Numbered from the stretch's first letter, positions 9,677 to 17,841 are shown. The stretch is 21,636 nucleotides of DNA from Candidatus Krumholzibacteriia bacterium (GCA_046754105.1 JBHHVD010000053.1:1-21636); one strand, 5' to 3'. Translations and numbers: made by a program. The notes: generated by a model not told the origin, from the letters alone.

Positions 9677-9704
9677 TTGACATTTGTCATGAATTGATGC
9701 AATT
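9677..9704 (+). promoter_or_regulatory. AT-rich putative promoter/operator upstream of the 9761 gene
   Basis: Perfect TTGACA at 9677-9682 embedded in palindrome TGACA-TT-TGTCA (9678-9689). A second palindrome AATTG-ATG-CAATT lies at 9692-9704. The -10 element is poor. Confidence 0.4.
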
Positions 9705-9760
9705 TTGGGATATCCCGCACGCGCGTGCCACCGCAATCCACCATCCAGAGGGGAGAAAGC

Positions 9761-12124
9761 ATGCACCCGCTGAAACTACAGAGTCTCATGCTCCTGGCCG
9801 CGGTCCTGTCGTCGTTCTCCCATGCGAACGCGGAGGAGAACCCGATCCGGCAGAGTTGGAGCGCTGCCTACTCCGATGCCGCGCGGTCGCCCGCGGCGGG
9901 CACAAGCGAATTCGTCTGCGGCACCTACCGGGGAAACGAGAACGAGAGCAAGTGGTTCTACCACCAGTACGCTTCACAGGCGCAGGGAGTATCCGCGGCG
10001 CTGGACACGGTGTTCGACGACGTATGGGTGGTCGAAGACGACGGCACGCTTCTCTTCAGCGGGTTGAATGTATTTGATACCGACCTGCAGACCTTCCGTT
10101 TCGTGCCGAACGGCGTGGGCGGTTACGACGTCTCCGCCCCCGCTGCCAGTTTCGATCCCGTGCTGGGAGCCAACCTCAGTCTGGGCGACGACGAGAACCT
10201 GACCGTTGCACTCATGTTCGCGTTTACGTATTTCGGCACGTCGTGGACCAGCGTGCACGCGAATTCCAACGGGATAGTGGGGTTCGGAGCCGACGTGAAT
10301 CCGAGCGGATTCTTCGACAGCAATGATTTCTTCAGTGAGATCCCGAAGATTGCGGCGTATTTTATGGATCTCAATCCCGCGGCCGGCGGCGCGGTGTTTT
10401 ACAAGGCAGAGCCGACGCGGAGCACGTTCACGTGGAACACGATCCCCGAGTTCGGTACAGGCAACGTGAACACGGTGCAGATGGTGCTCCGCGACGACGG
10501 CTCGATCGACGTGACGTTCAACGGAATAACATCGAACGTGGCAGCCAACGGCGCGCCGATTACGTTCGGCATTCACCCCGGCGGCAACCCGAGCCTGGAA
10601 ATCATCAGCTTCTCGGACGACCTTCCGTTCGGTGGTGCGGTGTCGACGGGCATATACGAAAACTATCTCAATATCACCCAGCCGCTGGTCAACGAAGTGG
10701 CCTTGATGCAGAGGTTCTACCAGTCCTTTCCCGACAGCTTCTTTCAAATCATCTTTCTTACCAATTTCGCGCAGACGATGGGCGGGTTCGCGAACGAGCG
10801 CAATATCTCGAATAACGTACAGGGGATCGGGTTGGGGCTGTTCGACAACAGCACGCTCTACGGCAGCAACGGGGTGCTCGAGAGCCGGTGCAACATGAAC
10901 CAGCTCGCCGTGTGGCCGACGAATCCGGCCGGCCGCTTCACGGGCTCGCAGAACAACTTTCTGACGATCATGGGCCAGGAGGCGGGCCACCGTTGGGGGG
11001 CTTTTGTCAACTTTATGGACTCGACCGGAACGCCCAGCAACATGATTCTCGGGCGCGCGGACGCGCACTGGAGTTTTTACGCCGACGTCGACCACTCGTG
11101 CCTCGAAGGGGGAGACTGGCAGCACGTATCGGGAACACTTTTCACGACGCCGACCATGATCGATTTCTTCAGCGACATAGACCAGTATCTCTTCGGCCTG
11201 CGCTCACCCGAGGAGGTGTCAGAGACCTTCTACGTCAGCAGCCCCACGAACGACCTCCCACAGAACCGGGACAACGGCACGCCTCCGCAGGGCACGAACG
11301 CCGTGGGAACGCCGGTGGTCGTGACCATCGACGACATCATCGCGGCCGAGGGCCTGCGCGTTCCGACCGCGGCCACGGAAAACAAGGACCTGCGGCAGGC
11401 CTTCGTCCTGATCCATCAGAACGGCACCACGCCCACGGCCGCCGAGTTGGCGAAGATCGCGAGCTTCCGCCGGGCGTGGGAGGACTATTTCGAACAGTCC
11501 GTCGACGGGCGTATTACCTGCAACACCAGCATCACACAGGACTTTCCGGTCGGTACCGTGCAGGGCCGCATTACGGACGCGCTGACCACGCTGCCCGTCG
11601 GGGACGTGCTGGTGACGTCGGTCGAGCGGGGTTTTACACAGTTCATCCCCGGGGGAGGCCGCTACACCTTCCGCTACATGGCCGACGTCGGCTCGGGGAG
11701 CGCGGAGAGCATAACGCTTACTTTCTTCGCGCTCGGATACGGAATCAAGACCGTGAATGTCAGCGTCGACTACGGCACCGACGTGGTCATCGATTGCAAG
11801 CTCGACCCGATACCGGTCGGGATCGGGGACGGCGGCATCGCTCCGCGTGCAACGGCCCTCCATTCCAACGTGCCGAATCCGTTCAACCCACGGACGACCA
11901 TCCACTACACGGTCGGGACACGAGACTTCGTGCGCTTGTCGGTCTACGACGTCACGGGCAGGCTGGTACGACGCCTTGTCGACGGAGCCCAGGAGGGCGG
12001 GCCGCACGCGGTGACGTGGGACGCCCGCGACGGCGTGGGGCGGCCAGTCTCATCCGGCGTGTATTTCGTTCGGCTCGAGGCGACCGGCGATGTACGGACT
12101 CGAACCATCGTCTTGCTCAAGTAG
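9761..12124 (+). CDS. Secreted multidomain protein: nidogen(NIDO)-like region, metallopeptidase-like domain with QExxH motif, carboxypeptidase-regulatory-like beta-sandwich, C-terminal FlgD-Ig/T9SS-like domain
   Basis: GGGGAG RBS then ATG 9761, with a signal peptide ending SHANA. NIDO-like LGDDE...FAFTYFG...NSNG...IAAYFMDLNP. IMGQEAGHRWGAF...AHWS. GTVQGRITDA...GRYTF...ALGY. Tail PNPFNP...YDVTGRLVR...WDARD...VSSGVYFVRL...VLLK. The CDS is secure; the domain calls are less so. Confidence 0.75.
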   Translation: MHPLKLQSLMLLAAVLSSFSHANAEENPIRQSWSAAYSDAARSPAAGTSEFVCGTYRGNENESKWFYHQYASQAQGVSAALDTVFDDVWVVEDDGTLLFSGLNVFDTDLQTFRFVPNGVGGYDVSAPAASFDPVLGANLSLGDDENLTVALMFAFTYFGTSWTSVHANSNGIVGFGADVNPSGFFDSNDFFSEIPKIAAYFMDLNPAAGGAVFYKAEPTRSTFTWNTIPEFGTGNVNTVQMVLRDDGSIDVTFNGITSNVAANGAPITFGIHPGGNPSLEIISFSDDLPFGGAVSTGIYENYLNITQPLVNEVALMQRFYQSFPDSFFQIIFLTNFAQTMGGFANERNISNNVQGIGLGLFDNSTLYGSNGVLESRCNMNQLAVWPTNPAGRFTGSQNNFLTIMGQEAGHRWGAFVNFMDSTGTPSNMILGRADAHWSFYADVDHSCLEGGDWQHVSGTLFTTPTMIDFFSDIDQYLFGLRSPEEVSETFYVSSPTNDLPQNRDNGTPPQGTNAVGTPVVVTIDDIIAAEGLRVPTAATENKDLRQAFVLIHQNGTTPTAAELAKIASFRRAWEDYFEQSVDGRITCNTSITQDFPVGTVQGRITDALTTLPVGDVLVTSVERGFTQFIPGGGRYTFRYMADVGSGSAESITLTFFALGYGIKTVNVSVDYGTDVVIDCKLDPIPVGIGDGGIAPRATALHSNVPNPFNPRTTIHYTVGTRDFVRLSVYDVTGRLVRRLVDGAQEGGPHAVTWDARDGVGRPVSSGVYFVRLEATGDVRTRTIVLLK

Positions 12125-12291
12125 TAGGGGAACTCTCCGCCCAAGATCGACGTCGGGACCGCCCGAGTAATGAAGTCTGAGTGCTTTCGTTGAATCGAGC
12201 TTGACTTGCGGCCGCCTTTCGACCGAAGGTCGGGTATCGGCGTGCCGCGCGCGGGCGCGGCCGATCGTCACCGAACCCGGCGGGCGGATCA

Positions 12292-13035
12292 ATGCACGAA
12301 GTCAGCACATTTACCGTATTCTCATACGCGACCTTTACCGCCGTCGCAACGGGTTTCGGCGCCCTGCCGTTCCTCTTCGTGCCCAACATGACCCGGCGCT
12401 GGCTCGGCATCTCGAACGCCATCGCGGTGGGGTTGATGCTGGCGGCGAGTTTCAGCCTCATCTACGAGGGGCTCGAGTACAGCCTCTTCCGCGTACTGGC
12501 AGGCTTGCTGCTGGGCCTCCTCTTCATCCGCATTACACAGGCGAAGCTGGCGCGCTACGAGGACCTGCGCATCGGCAACCTGGGCGGGATTGATGCGCGA
12601 AAGGCGTTTCTCGTTATCGGCGTGATGACGCTGCACTCGTTCACCGAGGGTGTCGGCGTCGGGGTGTCCTTCGGAGGCGGCGAAGAACTTGGCGTGTTCA
12701 TCACGTCCGCGATCGCCATTCACAATATCCCCGAAGGCCTGGCGATTAGCCTCGTCGTGATTCCGCGTGGTCTGTCGGTGACACGCGCGGCGTTGTGGGC
12801 GATTCTCTCCAGCCTGCCGCAGCCGTTGACCGCGGTACCGGCCTTCGCGTTCGTCGAAGCCTTCACACCGTTGTTGCCTGTGGGTTTCGGGTTCGCCGCC
12901 GGCGCCATGATCTGGATGGTGTTCTCGGAGCTCGTGCCGGAGGCCGTGGAGGACAGCTCGCCCAACACGGTCGGCGTGACGGTCACGCTGGCGGTCGCGT
13001 TGATGATCGTGTTTCAGGAGATTCTCAGGGCGTAA
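12292..13035 (+). CDS. ZIP-family divalent metal transporter (ZupT/GufA-like)
   Basis: About 8 hydrophobic helices. AVGLMLAAS, TM4 LHSFTEGVGVG, TM5 IAIHNIPEGLA and FAAGAMIWMVFSELVPEA. Confidence 0.92.
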   Translation: MHEVSTFTVFSYATFTAVATGFGALPFLFVPNMTRRWLGISNAIAVGLMLAASFSLIYEGLEYSLFRVLAGLLLGLLFIRITQAKLARYEDLRIGNLGGIDARKAFLVIGVMTLHSFTEGVGVGVSFGGGEELGVFITSAIAIHNIPEGLAISLVVIPRGLSVTRAALWAILSSLPQPLTAVPAFAFVEAFTPLLPVGFGFAAGAMIWMVFSELVPEAVEDSSPNTVGVTVTLAVALMIVFQEILRA

Positions 13036-13057
13036 CCAGCCGCCGGGCCCGCCCCCG

Positions 13058-13088
13058 GGGACCGGTTTTGCAATGATACCGGTCTCTT
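13058..13088 (+). terminator. Possible hairpin downstream of the ZIP gene
   Basis: GGGACCGGT (13058-13066) / ACCGGTCTC (13078-13086) inverted repeat, followed only by TT. Confidence 0.3.
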
Positions 13089-13121
13089 GGTGGGATTGCG
13101 TTGCAGAGCCTGGAGTGGACC

Positions 13122-14006
13122 ATGATTGCATTGCTCCTCCTCATCGCGTCGCTGTTGCCGGCGCCCGGATTGGTGTCGGACGATCGGGCCGTTATCAATA
13201 GTCTGCTCGACGGCTGGCACAAGGCCGCGGCAGTGGCCGACGAAAGGGCTTTCTTCGATGTGCTGGGCGAGGAGTCGATTTACCTCGGGACTGACGCGAC
13301 CGAACGCTGGTCCAAGAGCGAGTTCAGAGAATGGGCTCGGCCGTACTTCCAACGCGACACGGCCTGGGCGCTCGTGCCCCGGGACCGGACCGTGTACCTG
13401 TCGCGGGACGGAAGTGTTGCGTGGTTCGAAGAGTATCTGGACACGCGCATGGGTGATTGCCGGGGTTCGGGTGTGTTGGCGAAAGAGGGAGGGGCGTGGA
13501 AACTCGCGCACTATCACCTGGCCCTGACGGTACCGAACGACAAGGTCCGGGGTTTGATGGAGTTGATCGGCGGGCCGCGCGACGAGGCACTCCGCCGGCA
13601 GCATGAAGAGATCCGGCGGCTGCTGGCGAAGCTCTTCGACGGCATACGTGCCGGAGACAGCGACGCGGCACGGTCCGTGTTCGCCGCAGGCGCGACAATA
13701 ACGCGTGTGGACGAAGAGAGGGCTCCCGATCCGGTTGCCGTGGATGATTTTGTTCGGGCGATCGGAGCCCCGCGGGACGAGGTGTGGGATGAACGCATCT
13801 GGGACGTGCGGATAACGGTCGCTGGCGACCTCGGCGCCGTATGGGCGAACTACGCGTTGTTCGTCGGCACGGACCTCAGCCATTGCGGCGTGGATTCGTT
13901 CGAGGTGCTGCGCGGGCGCGACGGATGGCGGATCGTTCACCTTCTCTACACACGCCGACGAGACGGCTGCAGCCCGCCACCGCCGGACCCCGGCGGCGGG
14001 GATTGA
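13122..14006 (+). CDS. Secreted protein with two tandem NTF2/SnoaL-like domains
   Basis: GGAG at 13112-13115, ATG 13122 and a hydrophobic signal. Domain 1: LDGWHKAAA..D...F, GTDATERW, AWFEEYL, CRGSGVL, WKLAHYHL. Domain 2: LFDGIRAGD, WDERI, AVWANY, SHCGVDSF, GWRIVHL. Confidence 0.82.
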   Translation: MIALLLLIASLLPAPGLVSDDRAVINSLLDGWHKAAAVADERAFFDVLGEESIYLGTDATERWSKSEFREWARPYFQRDTAWALVPRDRTVYLSRDGSVAWFEEYLDTRMGDCRGSGVLAKEGGAWKLAHYHLALTVPNDKVRGLMELIGGPRDEALRRQHEEIRRLLAKLFDGIRAGDSDAARSVFAAGATITRVDEERAPDPVAVDDFVRAIGAPRDEVWDERIWDVRITVAGDLGAVWANYALFVGTDLSHCGVDSFEVLRGRDGWRIVHLLYTRRRDGCSPPPPDPGGGD

Positions 14007-14127
14007 AAGAAGGCAGTTGCACCGCTCGCCAAAACAGTGCTGGAAGCGGTCACCCGTATCGATGATAATGGCGGGGTCCGTGCCGCTGGCGCGGTCCGAA
14101 CCCAACCGGGAACCAAAGGAGAGAGCG

Positions 14128-14412
14128 ATGCCGAAGGCAAGTGCGAGGCATATTCTTGTGAAGACCCAGGAGGAATGTGCGAAGCTCAAGGCGCAGATCG
14201 CCGGCGGCGCCGACTTTGCCGAGCTGGCCAAGAAACACTCCCTGTGCCCCTCCGGGCTTCAGGGTGGAGAGCTCGGCGAGTTTGGCCCCGGGCAAATGGT
14301 CAGGGAATTCGACCAGGTAGTGTTCGGGGAGGCGGTTGGGGAGACGCACGGCCCCGTCAAGACCGACTTCGGCTACCACCTGATCGAAATCACCGGTCGC
14401 ACCGATAAGTAA
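14128..14412 (+). CDS. ppiC: Parvulin-type peptidyl-prolyl cis-trans isomerase
   Basis: ASARHILVK, FAELAKKHSLCPSG, GGELGEFGPGQMVREFD and GPVKTDFGYHLI. AAGGAG RBS before ATG 14128; 94 aa. Confidence 0.96.
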   Translation: MPKASARHILVKTQEECAKLKAQIAGGADFAELAKKHSLCPSGLQGGELGEFGPGQMVREFDQVVFGEAVGETHGPVKTDFGYHLIEITGRTDK

Positions 14413-14460
14413 CGCATCCCGTTTGCGGAAAAGGTCTTGCGCCGCGCGCAACGGTACGGA

Positions 14461-14489
14461 TTGACAATCCCGCCCGGAACCACTAGAAT
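14461..14489 (+). promoter_or_regulatory. Sigma70-type promoter for the heparinase-like gene
   Basis: TTGACA (14461-14466), 17-nt spacer, TAGAAT (14484-14489) in the intergenic region. Confidence 0.7.
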
Positions 14490-14623
14490 CGTCCGTGGGT
14501 CTTGGCAATCCACAAGAACGAGGGCAAGCGACAGACAAGCTATACTTGGCAGCGTGATGAGATCGTAACAGCCGCCGCTGGCCGGCGGCCCGCCATTAGT
14601 CAGATGAGTGGCGAGCTTGGATT

Positions 14624-17293
14624 ATGCAGCGACCCCTCTACGTACGTTTTCTCAGGTCCCTCCTGGCCCTGGCCATCCCGGCGATGCTCGCGTCCGCCGT
14701 CCACACGGGAGCCCTCGCGCAGACTGCCATACCGCTGACCGACTCCCTGTATCAGGCCCACCACCCGCGCCTCCTTCTTACGCCCGACGAGATTCCGGCG
14801 CTGCGTCTCAAGCTCCAGGACGGTGGGGCCGACGACCTGCAGTACCTGTTCATACTGGTCGTGTTGGAGGTCGTCTACAAGCAGGCGACCGAGCTCGAGC
14901 TACTCGACGACGACTACGGACTGGAAGCGTTTGTCAACCTCGGTTTGACGATGTACCTGCCCCCGTCGCCCGACCCGGCGTCGGAGAGCATCGGCAAGTC
15001 GCTGACCCAATACGTAGCGGATAACTGGGCGGTCGGCAACGACGGGTATCATTCCTCGCTGCGGTTACGTGCCCTGGCGATGGGCTACGACATGTTCTTC
15101 GGAAACGCCACCGAGGCCGAGCGCGCGCAGATTCGCGACGAGATCCGCTCGTATCTCGACTACATGCTCAACGACATCAACTTTGATATCTGGCGGCACC
15201 GCCCGTATCTTGGTAACAAGAGCGCAATGGTCGCGGCCGCGTTGGGCCTGGCCGCGATCGTTCTGGACGGCGAGACGGATGCCGCCATCGTGACCGCGGG
15301 CCTGCAGTCGGCCGACGAGCGCTTCAATATCTGGCTGGACCACCAGGTCGACAAGGACGGCGCTTGCATGGAGGGAACTCTTTACGGCGCCTGGAGCCTT
15401 CGCAACCTGATCTATTATTTTCACGCCCGTCTGAGGTACGACGGTGTGAACTACGCGAACGTGCCGAAGTTGCGTAAGATGGAGGAATGGTTCGCGTACG
15501 AACTCGACCCCGCCGGCGGCGGCAAGGTCAACAATATCCAGGACTGCGCGACGACGGACCTCGTGCTTGCCCGTCATACGACGTATTTCGACTGGGCCCA
15601 GAGCGCCTGGAACAGCCCGCTCTCGAAGTACATATGGGACCACGTGGCGGGCCCGTACGGTTACAACTACGGGGACAAGGCGGACAAGGCCGGCACGATT
15701 CTGTGGTCTCGGGGTGTGCCGTCGGCCAACCCCCGCACCCTGCTGCCGAAATGCAACGTATGGGAGGAACGCGGGCTCTACTATTACCGGTCGGACTGGG
15801 CGGACGGCGCGGCCAGCAACGACGTGATGTTCAGCTTCTATTCCGGCAAGTTCCAGGGAGGGCACGCGCAGGAGGACCAGAATCAGTTCACCCTCACCGC
15901 CTACGGAGTGAAGCTCGCGGTCGACCATGGCCCGGGCAGCACGGCCAAGGAGAGCGAGGCGCACAACATCGTTTTTATCGACGGCAACGGGCAGCATAAC
16001 GCCGGATCCGCCATCGGTACCGACGGGCAAATCACCGAATACGTCCTCGGCGGTTACGCGGACTACGTAGCCGGCGACGCGACCAGTGCGTATACGACGT
16101 ACAGCCCGTTCAACCGTGCCGGCTTCCCGTACCCGGGATCGGACTGGTCGTGGGGCTACTCGGGCGCGAACCCGGTAAACACCGCGACACGGAGAGTCGT
16201 CGCGGTTCACGAGCCCGCGACGCGGCCGTATTTCATCGTTATCGACGACATCGACAAGGACGGCGGCGTCCACGATTACGAGTGGAGGCTGCACACGGCC
16301 GAGGGCAACACGGTGGATGTGTCCACCGACCCGGTGCGGATCACGAAGGACAACACGTACCTCGAAGTGCGCGCCCTGAGCCCGCCGTTCGATTCGCTGG
16401 CCACATCCGTCACGTTCTTCGACAATCATGAGAACGACCCCAATTCGAGCTACGTCTCGTTTTCGAGGAGCGCGGTCGACCCCGGTTTCGCGTTCCTGCT
16501 CTTTCCGGGTGACAATAGCTTTACGGCACCCGTCGTTAACGTGTCCCGGCCTGCTTTCGGTGTCATAGCCGCGCTCGCGTGGGGAGGCGGTAAAGGGGAC
16601 GTCTTTCTGCTCAACAAGAGCGGGCAACCGGTCGTGACGATGCTCGCGGCGCCGTCGAGCCGAGCGAGGGACGGCGATGCGGCCGCGCCGGGCACGCAGG
16701 CGGCGGGGAACCTGTCCACGGACGCAAGCGTTTCGCTGCTGAGGCGAGATGGTGCGGTGCTTGAGCAGTACCTGCTGAGTGGTGTAACATACCTGACGCT
16801 CGGCGGCATCGATTATGTAACGATAAACGACGGCCCGGCAAACGTCACAATGTCACCGGGCCGTATTGACATCGATCGCCCCAATGCGGATTTTCGATTC
16901 TTCGCCCCGGCGGTGATGGATGTCTTTTACAGGGACCAGCGAATTTTCGTGGTCGAGAACGCGGGGTACCTGACGCCGAGTCCCGCAACCGGCATCGGGG
17001 ACATGCCGAGGCCCCGCAACGCGATCGGCCTCGCCGCCCACCCGAACCCCTTCAACCCCGCGACGCGGATCACGGTCACACTGAAAGTGCGTGGTGACGC
17101 GGTGGTCGACATCTTCAACGTGCGGGGACAGCGCGTTCGCCGCCTGTGGAAAGGACGTCTGGCGGCCGGCGCGTCATCACTCGACTGGGACGGCCGCGAC
17201 GGCCGGGGGAGGCGCGTCGCGAGCGGCGTTTATCTCGTACGTGCGAAAGCCGGGGCCGGCGTGGCGACCGCCAAACTGACGTTGCTAAAATAG
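14624..17293 (+). CDS. Secreted heparinase II/III-like polysaccharide lyase with C-terminal FlgD-Ig/T9SS-like domain
   Basis: Signal peptide ending GALA-Q and N-terminal HPRLLLT. Helical domain with DGACMEGTLYG. Beta domain with GLYYYRSDW, GGHAQEDQNQFTLTAYG...VDHG, AHNIVFIDG, RRV...YFIVIDD and YEWRLHT. Tail HPNPFNP...WDGRD...VASGVYLVR...LTLLK. Confidence 0.8.
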   Translation: MQRPLYVRFLRSLLALAIPAMLASAVHTGALAQTAIPLTDSLYQAHHPRLLLTPDEIPALRLKLQDGGADDLQYLFILVVLEVVYKQATELELLDDDYGLEAFVNLGLTMYLPPSPDPASESIGKSLTQYVADNWAVGNDGYHSSLRLRALAMGYDMFFGNATEAERAQIRDEIRSYLDYMLNDINFDIWRHRPYLGNKSAMVAAALGLAAIVLDGETDAAIVTAGLQSADERFNIWLDHQVDKDGACMEGTLYGAWSLRNLIYYFHARLRYDGVNYANVPKLRKMEEWFAYELDPAGGGKVNNIQDCATTDLVLARHTTYFDWAQSAWNSPLSKYIWDHVAGPYGYNYGDKADKAGTILWSRGVPSANPRTLLPKCNVWEERGLYYYRSDWADGAASNDVMFSFYSGKFQGGHAQEDQNQFTLTAYGVKLAVDHGPGSTAKESEAHNIVFIDGNGQHNAGSAIGTDGQITEYVLGGYADYVAGDATSAYTTYSPFNRAGFPYPGSDWSWGYSGANPVNTATRRVVAVHEPATRPYFIVIDDIDKDGGVHDYEWRLHTAEGNTVDVSTDPVRITKDNTYLEVRALSPPFDSLATSVTFFDNHENDPNSSYVSFSRSAVDPGFAFLLFPGDNSFTAPVVNVSRPAFGVIAALAWGGGKGDVFLLNKSGQPVVTMLAAPSSRARDGDAAAPGTQAAGNLSTDASVSLLRRDGAVLEQYLLSGVTYLTLGGIDYVTINDGPANVTMSPGRIDIDRPNADFRFFAPAVMDVFYRDQRIFVVENAGYLTPSPATGIGDMPRPRNAIGLAAHPNPFNPATRITVTLKVRGDAVVDIFNVRGQRVRRLWKGRLAAGASSLDWDGRDGRGRRVASGVYLVRAKAGAGVATAKLTLLK

Positions 17294-17341
17294 CGCCGAG
17301 CAGGAATGTCATCGCAGCGAAACGCCGGGAGAAGATATCGG

Positions 17342-17370
17342 TTGACAGCTTTGCGGGTCACTGGTATATT
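17342..17370 (+). promoter_or_regulatory. Strong sigma70-type promoter (extended -10) upstream of the csp leader
   Basis: TTGACA (17342-17347), 17-nt spacer with TG at 17362-17363, TATATT (17365-17370). Confidence 0.75.
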
Positions 17371-17433
17371 GAGCCACTAAGAATGCTCCAGCAGGAAAAA
17401 TGGCGCGTTCTTTGGCACCAGAGAACACCACAT

Positions 17434-17468
17434 GGAGGACCTGGGTCACAAACCCGGGGCTTTTTTTT
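17434..17468 (+). terminator. Intrinsic terminator/attenuator within the csp 5' leader
   Basis: Stem CCTGGGT (17440-17446) / ACCCGGG (17452-17458) with loop CACAA, extendable outward, followed by T8 at 17461-17468. Confidence 0.7.
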
Positions 17469-17628
17469 GGTGGGTGCTTTTCGTGACCGGATTGGCCGGT
17501 GCAGCCGTGGGTCGGCGCTTGCCAGGATGGCGCGCCCAACGCGGGAGTTACGCCGCGGGGAATGCGTGTCGGTAGGTACGGCAACACCGGACTCCGACTT
17601 GACAGTATAATTTGAGGAGGAGTACGGA

Positions 17629-17841
17629 ATGCGTACTACTGGAACCGTGAAGTGGTTTGACGAGACCAAGGGCTTTGGCTTTATCACGCCTGAGAACGGC
17701 GAGAAGGATTGCTTCGTGCATCATTCCGCCATCCAGGGCGAGGGTTTTAAGACTCTCACCGAGGGTGAAAAGGTCGAGTTCGAAATCGTCAAGAACGACA
17801 AGGGCCCGGCGGCGGAGAACGTCACCAAGCTCAGCGAGTAA
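17629..17841 (+). CDS. csp: Cold-shock protein (CspA family)
   Basis: GTVKWFD, RNP1 KGFGFI, RNP2 [18 protein letters not shown] and KGPAAENV. Strong RBS GAGGAGG at 17614-17620. Confidence 0.97.
   Translation: MRTTGTVKWFDETKGFGFITPENGEKDCFVHHSAIQGEGFKTLTEGEKVEFEIVKNDKGPAAENVTKLSE

Noticed and set aside
9497..9766. Extensions of the ORFs 7448..9766 (-) and 9725..12124 (+)
   Set aside because: They would overlap each other and cover the divergent promoter region. Better starts exist at 9496 and 9761.
12125..12291. Metal-sensing riboswitch (yybP-ykoY, NiCo or fluoride) upstream of the ZIP transporter
   Set aside because: Only small GC hairpins are visible and I cannot match the conserved cores of those families.
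10976..15871. CAG recoded as His, since both secreted enzymes show Gln (CAG) at expected His positions
   Set aside because: CAG encodes conserved Gln elsewhere (YfcC SGSGQA, Csp AIQG), and conserved His residues use CAC/CAT. The standard code fits.
17599..17611. TTGACA-G-TATAAT: perfect -35 and -10 hexamers side by side upstream of csp
   Set aside because: A 1-nt spacer cannot form a promoter, and a start from this TATAAT would fall inside the RBS. It more likely reflects an AU-rich translation enhancer or chance.
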